Below are positions 43,682 to 54,853 of a stretch of DNA of 64,000 nt, in pieces. The stretch is from an uncultured Chloroflexia bacterium (GTDB lineage: Bacteria; Chloroflexota; Dehalococcoidia; UBA2979): positions 1,088,001-1,152,000 of the forward strand of contig CAVSIV010000006.1 in the NCBI GenBank assembly GCA_963728205.1, written 5' to 3'. Every line of letters begins with the position of its first letter. Position 1 is the first letter of the stretch. Position numbers and translations under genes: made by a program. The notes under the pieces are model-generated. The model saw only the letters and a program-made list of their open reading frames with translations. It was not told the origin of the DNA and did not search any database.

Positions 43682-44875
43682 ATGTCTGAATCCCCGCGCC
43701 GGCCCCGGCCCGGCTGGTATCCCCGTCCTGAACTGATCGTCGCCGTCGTGATCATTGCAGCCGTCGTGCTGGTCGGCGGTGCCGTGCTGCGCTCGCGCGG
43801 CACCGGCAGCGCGGCCTCCGCGAGCGTGCAGGTCGCGACCAGCACAGCGGCCGCGGGCGGCGCGCCGGCGGCACCCAGCGTCGCCCTCGCGACGTCGACG
43901 CCGACCCCGGCGCCCACCGAGACGCCGACCCCGACCCCAACCCCGACGGCCCCGCCCGCGCCCGTCAGGCCGAGCGTGGACCTGCGCCCGGCGCGAGTGG
44001 GGAACGGCGACACGATGCTCGTGGTCGTCACGGCGCCGGCGGGCGACACCGGTTCGATCACGTTCATGGGCCAGGCCTTCCCGCTGACCCGCAACGGCAG
44101 CGAGCTCTTCACCCTCATCGGCGTGCCGATCGGCGCGGACACCGGGCCCGGCACGCTGAGCGTGGCGCTGCAGGACGCCGACGGCACGGCCGCCGCCACG
44201 CTCAGCGCCGACTACACCGTGTTCCACGTGGACCGGCCGATCGACAACCTCACGCTCACCCAGTCGGAGGCGTCCGTGCTGACCGCGGACGCGGGCGCGA
44301 AGGAAGCGCAGCTGCGCACCGAGCAGTTCTCGCACTTCGACCGCGGCCGTCGCTGGTCGGAGGTGTTCCAGTGGCCGGTGACCGGACCGATCACGACGTA
44401 CTTCGGCCAGGGACGCCGCATCAACGGGGGGCCTCCGGGCGACTTCCACAGCGGCACGGACATCGCCGTCGATGAGGGCACGCCGGTCCACGCCGCGGCG
44501 CCCGGCCGTGTGGCGTTCGCCGCGGAGATGCCGATCCGCGGCAACACCGTCGTGATCGACCACGGCGCCGGCGTGATGACGAGCTACTCGCACCTGTCGG
44601 AGATCGACGTCACGGTGAACCAGTCGGTCGACGCCGGCGAGGTCATCGGCAAGGCCGGGCACACGGGCCTCGCGACCGGGCCGCACCTGCACTGGGAGGT
44701 GCTGATCTACGGCACGGACGTCGACGGCATCGAGTGGACGAAGACCGACTTCACGCCGCCATCGAGTCCGCCGCCGACGGGGACGGCGACCGCGACCGCG
44801 ACGGCCGCAGCCTCAGCGACCCCGGCCGAGGCTACGACCGAACCGTCCACGACGGGGACGCCGTCGCCTCGATGA
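43682..44875 (+). CDS. membrane-anchored M23 family metallopeptidase
   Basis: N-terminal TM, FHSGTDI, GNTVVIDHG and ATGPHLHWE. Confidence 0.92.
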   Translation: MSESPRRPRPGWYPRPELIVAVVIIAAVVLVGGAVLRSRGTGSAASASVQVATSTAAAGGAPAAPSVALATSTPTPAPTETPTPTPTPTAPPAPVRPSVDLRPARVGNGDTMLVVVTAPAGDTGSITFMGQAFPLTRNGSELFTLIGVPIGADTGPGTLSVALQDADGTAAATLSADYTVFHVDRPIDNLTLTQSEASVLTADAGAKEAQLRTEQFSHFDRGRRWSEVFQWPVTGPITTYFGQGRRINGGPPGDFHSGTDIAVDEGTPVHAAAPGRVAFAAEMPIRGNTVVIDHGAGVMTSYSHLSEIDVTVNQSVDAGEVIGKAGHTGLATGPHLHWEVLIYGTDVDGIEWTKTDFTPPSSPPPTGTATATATAAASATPAEATTEPSTTGTPSPR

Positions 44876-45572
44876 TCTGAGCCGCCCCGACAATCGCCGC
44901 CGTCTCGACGCGCAGTATGCGCGGGCCGAGCGAGACGGCGACCGCGCCGTGCGCGTCGAAGGCCGCGCGCTCGGCATCGCTCCACCCGCCCTCGGGACCG
45001 ATCGACAGCAGGATCGCGCCGGGCGCCTGCGGGACGCGCGCGAGCGCGTCGCGCAGCGGGAGCGGTGCGCCGGGATCCGCCACGAGGTGCAGCGCGTCCG
45101 CGGGCGGCGCGCCGCCGATGCGCGGGAGGACCGCGCGCCCGCACTGCTCCGCGGCCTCGATCGCGATGCGGCGCCACCGCTCGAGACGGCCCGCGCCGGG
45201 ATCGAGCACGGCGCGGCCGGCTGCGACCGGCACGAGCTGCGCCACGCCGACCTCGGTCGCCTTCTCCACGATCCAGTCGCCGCGGTTGCCGCGCGGGAAC
45301 GCGCACGCGAGCACGACGTCGACCGGCGGTTCCGGCAGGCCGACGACGGCATCGAGCAGCGCCAGCTCCACGTGCGCGCGGCTCGCGGTCTCGACCCGCG
45401 CTGCGCGCTCGCGGCCGGCGCCGTCGAAGACGCGCAGGGCGTCGCCGGGACGGAGGCGCAGCACCGCCGCGATGCGATGTGCGGTCGCGCCGTCGCACAC
45501 GGCGCGCGGGGCGGCAGCGTCCGCGGGGGGCCATGCGTCGGGCGGGAGGTAGAGGCGTCGCGGAGCGGCCAC
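44832..45572 (-). CDS. rsmE: 16S rRNA m3U1498 methyltransferase
   Basis: VLRLRPGD, EKATEVG, EAAEQCGR, IGPEGG and LGPRILRVETA. Confidence 0.93.
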   Translation of the reverse strand: MAAPRRLYLPPDAWPPADAAAPRAVCDGATAHRIAAVLRLRPGDALRVFDGAGRERAARVETASRAHVELALLDAVVGLPEPPVDVVLACAFPRGNRGDWIVEKATEVGVAQLVPVAAGRAVLDPGAGRLERWRRIAIEAAEQCGRAVLPRIGGAPPADALHLVADPGAPLPLRDALARVPQAPGAILLSIGPEGGWSDAERAAFDAHGAVAVSLGPRILRVETAAIVGAAQIIEATASPSWTVRS

Positions 45573-45583
45573 GCGCGACGGCC

Positions 45584-46543
45584 CTAGCGCGGCGCGGCCG
45601 CGACCAGGCAGCCCCAGTCGCCGTCGTGCGTGAGCTCGCGTTCGACGAGCCCGGCGGCGCTCGCGGCCGCGCGCACCTCGGGCTCGTTGCGCGCGATGAA
45701 GCCGCTCGCGACCAGCAGCCCGCCGGGCCGCAGCGCGGCTGCGAGCTCCGGCATGAGCGCCGCGACGACGGGCGCCGAGATGTTCGCGACGACCACGTCC
45801 GCCGAGGCGCGCGACGGCGAGTCCGGCCATGGCCAGTCCGCCGCGCCGAGCGAGCCGGGCGCCGCCTCGATGGCGGGGGCAACGCCGTTGCGCTCGGCGT
45901 TCTCGCGCGTCACGTCCACGGCGCCCGCGTCGACGTCGACCGCGCGCACGGCGCGCGCGCCGAGCTTCACGGCCGCGACGGCGAGCACGCCCGAGCCGCA
46001 GCCGACGTCGAGCACATCCTCGCCCCCGTGAACGAGGCGCTCGAGCGCCGCGAGACAGAGCCGCGTCGTCTCGTGCTGGCCGGTACCGAACGCCGCGCCG
46101 GGATCCAGCGCGATCACCGCTTCGCCCGGCTGCGCGTCGTACGGCTCCCACGACGGGTGCACGACGAGCCGCGCGCCGATGCGCTGCAGCGTGTAGAAGC
46201 GCTTCCACTCCTCGGCCCAGTCGTGTGCACCGACGTCGCGATAGGCGGGCGGCGCCAGCGGCTCGCTCAGCGCCAGCGCCGCCAGGCGGGCCTCCAGGCG
46301 CGCTCGCGCCGCCGCGTCGAACGGCGCCGGCACGGCCGCGGAGACGGTCGACGGCTCGGGCAGCTCCTCGTACGCGAAGTCGCCGCCCTCGTCGATGCGG
46401 ATCGCCGGGACGATCGCGACCCCATCGGGCGCGAGCTCGCGCAGGACGTCGGCGACGAGATCGACGTCCGCGGCGGGCACGCGAACGGCGATCTCGATCC
46501 AGCGGTCGGGAGCAGAGTCGGCGGGGGAGTCGGCGGCGGCCAC
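45584..46543 (-). CDS. prmA: ribosomal protein L11 methyltransferase
   Basis: DWAEEWK, LDPGAAFGTGQHETT, DVGCGSG and VANI. Confidence 0.95.
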   Translation of the reverse strand: MAAADSPADSAPDRWIEIAVRVPAADVDLVADVLRELAPDGVAIVPAIRIDEGGDFAYEELPEPSTVSAAVPAPFDAAARARLEARLAALALSEPLAPPAYRDVGAHDWAEEWKRFYTLQRIGARLVVHPSWEPYDAQPGEAVIALDPGAAFGTGQHETTRLCLAALERLVHGGEDVLDVGCGSGVLAVAAVKLGARAVRAVDVDAGAVDVTRENAERNGVAPAIEAAPGSLGAADWPWPDSPSRASADVVVANISAPVVAALMPELAAALRPGGLLVASGFIARNEPEVRAAASAAGLVERELTHDGDWGCLVAAAPR

Positions 46544-46548
46544 CGGTG

Positions 46549-47673
46549 TCAGGAGAAGGCCTCGCGGATGCGGTCGAACAGCCCGCCGTTGGCGCCGTTC
46601 TTCGGCACCTCGGGCGTGCCCAGCACGCCGGCGAGCTGCTCGACGAGCTGGCGCTGCTCCTCGGTGAGCCGCGTCGGCGTCACGACGTGCAGGCGCACGA
46701 GCAGGTCGCCGCGACCGGCCCCGCGCAGGTGCGGGACGCCCTTGCCCTTGAGCACCTGCACGTCACCGTGCTGCACGCCGGGCTTCAGCTCGACGTCGAC
46801 GTCCTCGCCGTCGAGCGTCGGCACCGGGACGGTCGCGCCGAGCGCGGCCTGCGCGATGTTCAGGGGCAGCTCGTAGACGAGGTTGTCGTCGACGCGCCGG
46901 AACTGCTCGTGCGGCTCGACCTCGAGCTCGATGAAGAGGTTGCCGGACGGCCCGCTGCGCTCACCCGCGTCGCCCTCGCCGGCGAGGCGGATCTGCGCGC
47001 CGTTGTCGACGCCGGCCGGCACCTTCACGACGCGCGTGACGGTATTGCGGCGCTTGCCGCGGCCGCGGCAGGTCTTGCACGGGTCGGTGACCACGGTGCC
47101 CTCGCCGCGGCAGGTCGCGCAGGTGGTGACGTTCACGAACTGCCCGAACAGCGACTGCTGCACGCGTCGCAGCTCGCCGGAGCCCTTGCACTCCGGGCAC
47201 GTGCCGCGCTGCGAGCCCTTCACCTGGCCGGAGCCGCGGCAGTCGGGGCAGGTCTCGGTCCGCTCGTACGTGATCTCCTTGTCGGTCCCGAACACCGCCT
47301 CCTCGAACGCGATGCGGAAGCGCGCCTGAAGGTCGGCACCGCGCTGCGGACCGGCGCGGCGCGTGGCCGTGCCGCGGAAGAAGGCATCGAAGATGTCGCC
47401 GAAGCCGCTGAATCCCTCGAAGCCGCTGAAGCCCTGCGCGCCGCCCGCGCCGACGCCGGCCATGCCCATGCGGTCGTAGCGCTGGCGCTTCTCGGGGTCG
47501 GAGAGGATCTCGTAGGCAGCGTTGATCTGCTTGAAGCGCTGCTCCGCCCCTTCCTCCTTGTTGCGGTCGGGGTGGAACTCCATGGCCAGGCGCCGGAACG
47601 CGCGCTTGATGTCGGCCTGGGTCGCGTCGCGCGGCACGCCGAGGGTCTCGTAGAGGTCAGCCTGAGCGGTCAT
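46549..47673 (-). CDS. dnaJ: chaperone DnaJ
   Basis: HPD motif, G/F region and four CxxCxGxG repeats. Confidence 0.98.
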   Translation of the reverse strand: MTAQADLYETLGVPRDATQADIKRAFRRLAMEFHPDRNKEEGAEQRFKQINAAYEILSDPEKRQRYDRMGMAGVGAGGAQGFSGFEGFSGFGDIFDAFFRGTATRRAGPQRGADLQARFRIAFEEAVFGTDKEITYERTETCPDCRGSGQVKGSQRGTCPECKGSGELRRVQQSLFGQFVNVTTCATCRGEGTVVTDPCKTCRGRGKRRNTVTRVVKVPAGVDNGAQIRLAGEGDAGERSGPSGNLFIELEVEPHEQFRRVDDNLVYELPLNIAQAALGATVPVPTLDGEDVDVELKPGVQHGDVQVLKGKGVPHLRGAGRGDLLVRLHVVTPTRLTEEQRQLVEQLAGVLGTPEVPKNGANGGLFDRIREAFS

Positions 47674-47679
47674 CGCGCC

Positions 47680-47688
47680 ATTCTACCA
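47680..47688 (-). promoter_or_regulatory. extended -10 element for a leaderless dnaJ transcript (putative)
   Basis: TGGTAGAAT ending 6 nt before the ATG; no SD. Confidence 0.6.
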
Positions 47689-47737
47689 AGCGAGGCCGGT
47701 GTGGCCTCGGGAAACACCCGCGTGGGGGTGAGCTGGT

Positions 47738-48526
47738 TCATCGATCCGCATCCGCCGCGGGGACGGTGAGCTGCTCGCGAACGGCCGCGAGCGTGTCCGT
47801 GCCGACCCCAATCCCCGCCAGGTACGCGTCCGCGCCTCCGTGCCGAGCCTCGAGCCCATCGAGGAAGATCGCGATCGCGTCCGCCGGCACGCCGTAGCGG
47901 CGGCGCACCTCGTCCGGATTGTCCGCCGCCGGCGCGCGGCCGTGGGTCGCGAGCCAGCCCAGCCAGCGCTCGGTGTCGCGGTTCGACAGCGCAAAGTCGG
48001 CGAGGATCGTCTCGCGGTCGACGCCCGCGACGCTCATGGCCAGAGCGGTGACGACGCCGGTGCGGTCCTTGCCGGCGGTGCAGTGGAGCACGAGAGGGTA
48101 GGTGGCGGGATCGGCCAGCGCTTCGAAGACGGCGCGGAAGGCGTCCTCGGCATAGCGCAGGTACCCGAGGTAGCGCTCCCCCGAGATGCCGGCGCCGAAC
48201 TCCCGATCGAGCTCCTCGCTCGCGCCGTCGGGCAGTGGCGGCAGGTGCAGATAGCGTGCGCCGATGTCGGCCGCCGGGTGTCCGTCGCGAGCGCGCGCCT
48301 CGGCCGGGCGGCGGAGATCGATCACGGTGGCGACGCCGAGGCCGCGGAGGCGATCGCGATCGGCGGGCGTCATGTCCTCGAGCGCGCCCGAGCGGAAGTA
48401 CCGGCGCCATGCCGTCGCGCGCCCGTCGCGGGCGGCGTAGCCGCCGATGTCGCGGAAGTTCCAGCAGGCCTCGAAGGGCACGTGTCGGGCGACGAAGGCG
48501 CCCGCGCCCGTGCCGGGCTCAGTCAT
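47738..48526 (-). CDS. tyrosine-protein phosphatase family (Y_phosphatase3/MptpB-like), copy 1
   Basis: NFRDIGGY, VIDLR and HCTAGKDRTG. Confidence 0.92.
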   Translation of the reverse strand: MTEPGTGAGAFVARHVPFEACWNFRDIGGYAARDGRATAWRRYFRSGALEDMTPADRDRLRGLGVATVIDLRRPAEARARDGHPAADIGARYLHLPPLPDGASEELDREFGAGISGERYLGYLRYAEDAFRAVFEALADPATYPLVLHCTAGKDRTGVVTALAMSVAGVDRETILADFALSNRDTERWLGWLATHGRAPAADNPDEVRRRYGVPADAIAIFLDGLEARHGGADAYLAGIGVGTDTLAAVREQLTVPAADADR

Positions 48527-49259
48527 GCGGCGGCTCCTCGAGCAGCAGCGCCTCGAGCCGATCGAAGACGTCGTCGGTCACGCCGTGCGCGCGCAGGAAG
48601 CCGCGGGCCGAGCCGTAGCGCTCGGTCATGACGCCGAGCATCTCCTGCATCGCCGGCGGGGCGACGCCCAGCGCCGGGTTCGGCGCCTCGCCGGCCGCGA
48701 TCACGCCGGCGGCGCGCAGCCGCGAGACGAGCAGGTCCATCGCCTCCTGGCTGACGGCGTAGTCGTGCAGGATCGCGTCGTGGTCGACGCCGAGCGAGTC
48801 CAGCACCAGCGCGGCCAGGACGCCGGTGCGGTCCTTCCCCGTCACGCAGTGAAAGACGGCCGGGTAGGCCGCCTCGTCGGCGAGCAGGTGCACGGCCTGC
48901 GCCCACGCGGCGCCGTTGCCCTCGAGCAGCGCCACGTACTCCGGATCCCAGCGGCCGCTCTCGCGCGCCTCGAACTTCGACTCGGCGTTGCCCATCGGCA
49001 GGTGGTGGCGGCGGGCGGGCGGGCGGGCCAGCAGGCCGAAGCCGCGCGCGTCGTTCGCCTCGCCGGCGCTGCGCAGGTCGATCACGGTCGCGATACGCAG
49101 CGCCTCGCGTGTGCGCGCCGCCTCGTCCGCGGACATCCGCTGCAGCTCGCCGGAGCGGAACAGCCGGCGCCAGCGCACGACGCGGCCGTCGGCCGCGGCG
49201 TAGCCGCCGAGGTCGCGGAAGTTGTAGACGCGTTCGAAGGGGAAGTGCCGCTCGAGCAT
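48519..49259 (-). CDS. tyrosine-protein phosphatase family, copy 2
   Basis: NFRDLGGY, LFRSG, VIDLR and HCVTGKDRTG. Confidence 0.92.
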   Translation of the reverse strand: MLERHFPFERVYNFRDLGGYAAADGRVVRWRRLFRSGELQRMSADEAARTREALRIATVIDLRSAGEANDARGFGLLARPPARRHHLPMGNAESKFEARESGRWDPEYVALLEGNGAAWAQAVHLLADEAAYPAVFHCVTGKDRTGVLAALVLDSLGVDHDAILHDYAVSQEAMDLLVSRLRAAGVIAAGEAPNPALGVAPPAMQEMLGVMTERYGSARGFLRAHGVTDDVFDRLEALLLEEPPHD

Positions 49260-49361
49260 GGTCACGTCAGTCCGACCCTTCCTGCGGCGTGGCGCAAGCA
49301 GCCCGCGGGCGTCCACGGTACCCCGGGACGCCCGCGCTGCGTGTCGTGGACGGAACGCGGG

Positions 49362-51269
<1,908 letters not shown>

Positions 51270-51275
51270 GCCTGT

Positions 51276-51893
51276 CTACCTCTCCGCCCGATCGGAAACA
51301 TCGTCGGGACTGGTTGCTGTCTCATCGTGGTCGCCGCGCGCCGAAGCGCCGGCGCTGTCTGTGTGGTTCTCGGCGTCGCCCTCGCCGTTGCCGACGAGCA
51401 CGAGCGCCGGCCGGATCACGCGATCGCCGATCGCGTAGCCGGCCTGCACGAGCTGCGCGACGCGGCCGTCTTGACCGGGCGCATGCCCGACCGCCTCATG
51501 CACCTGCGGATCGAAACGCTCGCCGGCCGCCGCGATCTCCTCGACGCCCGCTGCCTGGAGCACGCCCCAGAACTTGTTGCGCACGAGGCGCACGCCGTCG
51601 ACCCAGCGGTGGTCCGCCAGGTCGGCATCGACCGAGTCGAGCGCGCGGTTGAGGTCGTCGAGCACCGGCAGAAAGTTCGTCACGAGCGCGATCAACGCGT
51701 GCCGTGACGAGTCGAGCCGGTCCTGCTGCGCGCGCCGCTGCAGGTTCTGGTAGTCGGCCATGGCACGCGCATACTGCGCGCGCGCCTGGTCCAGCTCCTC
51801 GCGCAGCGCCGCGGCGTCCGTGCGTGCGGCGCCGTCGGCCGACTGCTCGGCGGCCTCGTCGGCGACGCGCTCGTCCGATGGCGGATTCGTCAT
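51276..51893 (-). CDS. grpE: nucleotide exchange factor GrpE
   Basis: ADYQNLQRR, LPVLDD, FDPQVHEA and GY...RVIRPA. Confidence 0.95.
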   Translation of the reverse strand: MTNPPSDERVADEAAEQSADGAARTDAAALREELDQARAQYARAMADYQNLQRRAQQDRLDSSRHALIALVTNFLPVLDDLNRALDSVDADLADHRWVDGVRLVRNKFWGVLQAAGVEEIAAAGERFDPQVHEAVGHAPGQDGRVAQLVQAGYAIGDRVIRPALVLVGNGEGDAENHTDSAGASARGDHDETATSPDDVSDRAER

Positions 51894-51937
51894 ACGACTC
51901 CTCGTCCTTGCCTGGGTTCGGCGTCCGGGGACGACGT

Positions 51938-52963
51938 TCAGCGCACGCTCTCGATGAGGTGCCCCATGAGCGTCGCGACGTAGCGGACGCGCGGGATCGT
52001 GCGCTCGTAGCGCATCCGCGTCGGGCCGAGCACCGCGACCGTGCCGATCGAGCCGGTGGTATCGCCGTAATTCGAGACGACCACGCTCCAGTCGAGCATG
52101 GAGTCGTCCCCGTGCTCGCGCCCGATCAGGACGCGGGTCATGCCGATGTTGTCGACGCGCGACTGCTCCAGCAGGTGCCGCACGCGATAGGCCTCGAGCT
52201 GCTGCACGGCCATCAGCATGCGGTCGACCGTGGAGAACTCGGGCTGCTCCAGGACCTCGCGCAGGCCGTCGAGGAACGTCTCCTCGGTGTAGCGCTGCTC
52301 CTGGATGAGCTCCGCAGCCGCGCGAACGATCATCGCCTCCTCGGCGTCGACGATGTCGGTGCCGATCACGCGCGCGGCGTCGGCGCTGACGCCGGCGAGG
52401 CGCGCGTTGAGACGGATCGCGCGGTCGTTCAGCTGCTGCTGTGTCAGCGGCGCCCGGAGCGGAAGCACGCGCTGGCGCACCCGGCCGTCGTCCATTACCG
52501 CCACCAGCAGCATGGAGTCGCCATGCAGCTCCACGAGCTGCAGGTGCTTGAGGCGCGACGCGGTGGTCTGCGGCCGCGTCACGACGGCGACGTTGCCCAC
52601 AGACGCCGCGAGGATCGTGGCGGCGAGGCTCAGCCACTCGTTGAGCCCGCCGAGCACCTGGTGGAGCTGGTGCTCGATCGTGCGCTGCTCCTCGGGTGCC
52701 ACCGGATCCTCGGCCATCAGCGTCTCGACGTAGTGCCGGTACCCCAGCTCGGACGGCACGCGCCCGGCTGAGGTATGCGGGTGCGTGATGTAGCCGTCTT
52801 CCTCGAGCCGCGCCATCTCGTTGCGAATGGTCGCGCTCGAGACCGAAAGCCGGTGCTTCTCGACGAGCGCGCGCGAAGACACCGGCTCCGCAGAGTCGAT
52901 GTATTCCTGCACGATCAGGCGCAGGATCGCTGCCTGGCGCTCGGTCAGTTCCTGGTCGTTCAT
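51938..52963 (-). CDS. hrcA: heat-inducible transcription repressor HrcA
   Basis: SSATIRNEM, HPHTSAGRVPS and VLGPTRMRY. Confidence 0.97.
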   Translation of the reverse strand: MNDQELTERQAAILRLIVQEYIDSAEPVSSRALVEKHRLSVSSATIRNEMARLEEDGYITHPHTSAGRVPSELGYRHYVETLMAEDPVAPEEQRTIEHQLHQVLGGLNEWLSLAATILAASVGNVAVVTRPQTTASRLKHLQLVELHGDSMLLVAVMDDGRVRQRVLPLRAPLTQQQLNDRAIRLNARLAGVSADAARVIGTDIVDAEEAMIVRAAAELIQEQRYTEETFLDGLREVLEQPEFSTVDRMLMAVQQLEAYRVRHLLEQSRVDNIGMTRVLIGREHGDDSMLDWSVVVSNYGDTTGSIGTVAVLGPTRMRYERTIPRVRYVATLMGHLIESVR

Positions 52964-52976
52964 CGTGTCACATCCG

Positions 52977-53003
52977 TTAGCACTCTCGACGTGAGAGTGC
53001 TAA
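52977..53003. promoter_or_regulatory. CIRCE operator (HrcA site)
   Basis: Perfect TTAGCACTC-N9-GAGTGCTAA. Confidence 0.97.
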
Positions 53004-53014
53004 GTCGTGTCTCG

Positions 53015-53043
53015 ATTGTATTCAGGGGGTCGAGCCGGGTCAA
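53015..53043 (-). promoter_or_regulatory. sigma70 promoter of the hrcA-grpE-dnaK operon
   Basis: Minus strand TTGACC-17 nt-TACAAT just upstream of CIRCE. Confidence 0.85.
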
Positions 53044-53142
53044 TCCATCGGGCAACGAGCGGTGGTCGCGGCCGGCGCGACGAGGGAAGCGGCGCAGGCC
53101 AGGGGAGCGCGCGTATACTCGCACTTCCGCGAGCGGACGAGG

Positions 53143-53742
53143 GTGGCCATCACGGCGGATAACACGTCTCGAAATGGTGACGCGCACGCGTCCGTGCGCC
53201 GCGAGGAGCACCTCGTCCGTCGTGCGCGGCGCGACCGTGGCGCGTTCTCGGCGCTCTACCAGGAGCACGCGGACCGCGTCTATCGCTACCTCCTCTCGCG
53301 CACGTCGAGCCCGGCGGATGCCGAGGAGCTCACGTCGCGCACCTTCCTCAACGCGCTGGCGCACCTCGACCAGTACCACGGCCGCGGCAAGGGTTTCGGC
53401 GCGTGGCTGATGAGCATCGCGCACAACCTGCTCGCGAACTGGTACCGCGACCGGGGCCGGCGCCCGCCCACGGCCGACCTCGACGCCGCCCTCACCGTCC
53501 CCACGGACACCCCCGGTCCGGAGTCGAGCCTCGAGACGAACGAGCTGATCCAGCGGGTACGCCAGGCGGTCAGCACGCTCGCCGAGGACCGCCAGCGCCT
53601 GATCGCGTTGAAGTACGTGGACGGTCTGCCCAACGCCGAGATCGGCCGTATGATGGGCCGCACCGAGGGTGCCGTGAAGGCGCTGCATCATCGCACGCTG
53701 CGCGAGCTCCAGCGCCGACTCGGGGAAGACGACGGCGCCTGA
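53143..53742 (+). CDS. ECF RNA polymerase sigma factor
   Basis: DAEELTSRTF, FGAWLMSIAHN and region 4 EIGRMMGRTEGAVKAL; start placed after TATACT at 53114. Confidence 0.9.
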   Translation: MAITADNTSRNGDAHASVRREEHLVRRARRDRGAFSALYQEHADRVYRYLLSRTSSPADAEELTSRTFLNALAHLDQYHGRGKGFGAWLMSIAHNLLANWYRDRGRRPPTADLDAALTVPTDTPGPESSLETNELIQRVRQAVSTLAEDRQRLIALKYVDGLPNAEIGRMMGRTEGAVKALHHRTLRELQRRLGEDDGA

Positions 53743-53812
53743 GGGCCGCCAGCCCGGCCGGCGACCGGGTCCGCGGTCCCGGCGCGAGGGCCACGCACGA
53801 GGGGCGAGACGC

Positions 53813-54850
53813 ATGACCCTGCCGGTTCGCATCACCGGCGTCGGGCGCTACCTGCCGGCGCGGACGCTGACGAACGCCGACCTCGAGCGCCTGGTCGACA
53901 CCTCCGACGACTGGATCCTCTCCCGCACGGGCATCCGCGAACGGCACATCGCCGCCGACGACGAGAGCTCGAGCACCATGGGCGCCCGCGCGGCGCTCGA
54001 GGCGCTGCGCTCCGCCAGGGTCGAGCCCGGCGACGTCGACCTGGTGATCGCCGGCACCTGCACGCCCGACGGCATGTTCCCGGCTGCCGCGACGCGCATC
54101 CAGGACGCGATCGGGGCGCCGCGTGCCGCCGCTTTCGACGTCAACGCCGCGTGCAACGGCTTCATGACCAGCCTCAGCACCGCCGCGCAGTTCATCGCGG
54201 CGGGCAGCGCGCAGCGTGCCGTCGTCGTCGGCACGGAGACGATGTCACGCATCGTCGACTGGACGGACCGCGGCACGTGCGTGCTCTTTGGCGACGGCGC
54301 CGGCGCCGTCGTGATCGAGCGCTCGGCGCCGGGTGAGCCCGGCGGCATCGGCGCGCTGCTGCTGCGGTCGGACGGCAGCCAGGCGAACTCGCTCTACGCG
54401 TGCGGCCCGGCCTCCCCGACGGCCGGGCACGCTGCCGCGCAGGCGCACATCGTGATGGACGGACCGGCCGTCTTCCGCTCCGCCGTCACCGCGCTCGCCT
54501 CGACCGCGGCCGACGCGCTCGCCAGCGCGGGCCTCACCGTCGACGACGTCGCGTTGTGCGTGCCGCACCAGGCGAACGCGCGCATCATCCAGGCGATGGC
54601 GAAGAGCCTGGGCCTGCCGCCCGAGCGCGCCTTCGTGAACGTCGATCACACCGGCAACACCTCGAGCGCCAGCATCCCGATCGCGCTCGCCGAGGCGAAC
54701 GAGCGCGGGCTCCTGCACCCGGGCGACCAGGTGCTGCTCGCCGCCTTCGGCGGCGGGCTCTCGTGGGGCGCGATGGTCGTGCAGTGGTCGGGCGTGCGCG
54801 CGGCGCCCCCGGCGCCCACGGCGGTCGAGGCGCACGCGGCGAGCCGCTAG
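53813..54850 (+). CDS. fabH: 3-oxoacyl-ACP synthase III
   Basis: DTSDDWI, AACNGF, LFGDGAGA, PHQAN and GNTSSAS; catalytic triad intact. Confidence 0.95.
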   Translation: MTLPVRITGVGRYLPARTLTNADLERLVDTSDDWILSRTGIRERHIAADDESSSTMGARAALEALRSARVEPGDVDLVIAGTCTPDGMFPAAATRIQDAIGAPRAAAFDVNAACNGFMTSLSTAAQFIAAGSAQRAVVVGTETMSRIVDWTDRGTCVLFGDGAGAVVIERSAPGEPGGIGALLLRSDGSQANSLYACGPASPTAGHAAAQAHIVMDGPAVFRSAVTALASTAADALASAGLTVDDVALCVPHQANARIIQAMAKSLGLPPERAFVNVDHTGNTSSASIPIALAEANERGLLHPGDQVLLAAFGGGLSWGAMVVQWSGVRAAPPAPTAVEAHAASR

Positions 54851-54853
54851 CCC

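Noticed and set aside
43890-43960. ACCCCG-type repeats (also near 8800-8860 and 44770-44830) as CRISPR or VNTR
   Set aside because: They encode Thr/Pro/Ala linkers; there is no repeat-spacer structure.
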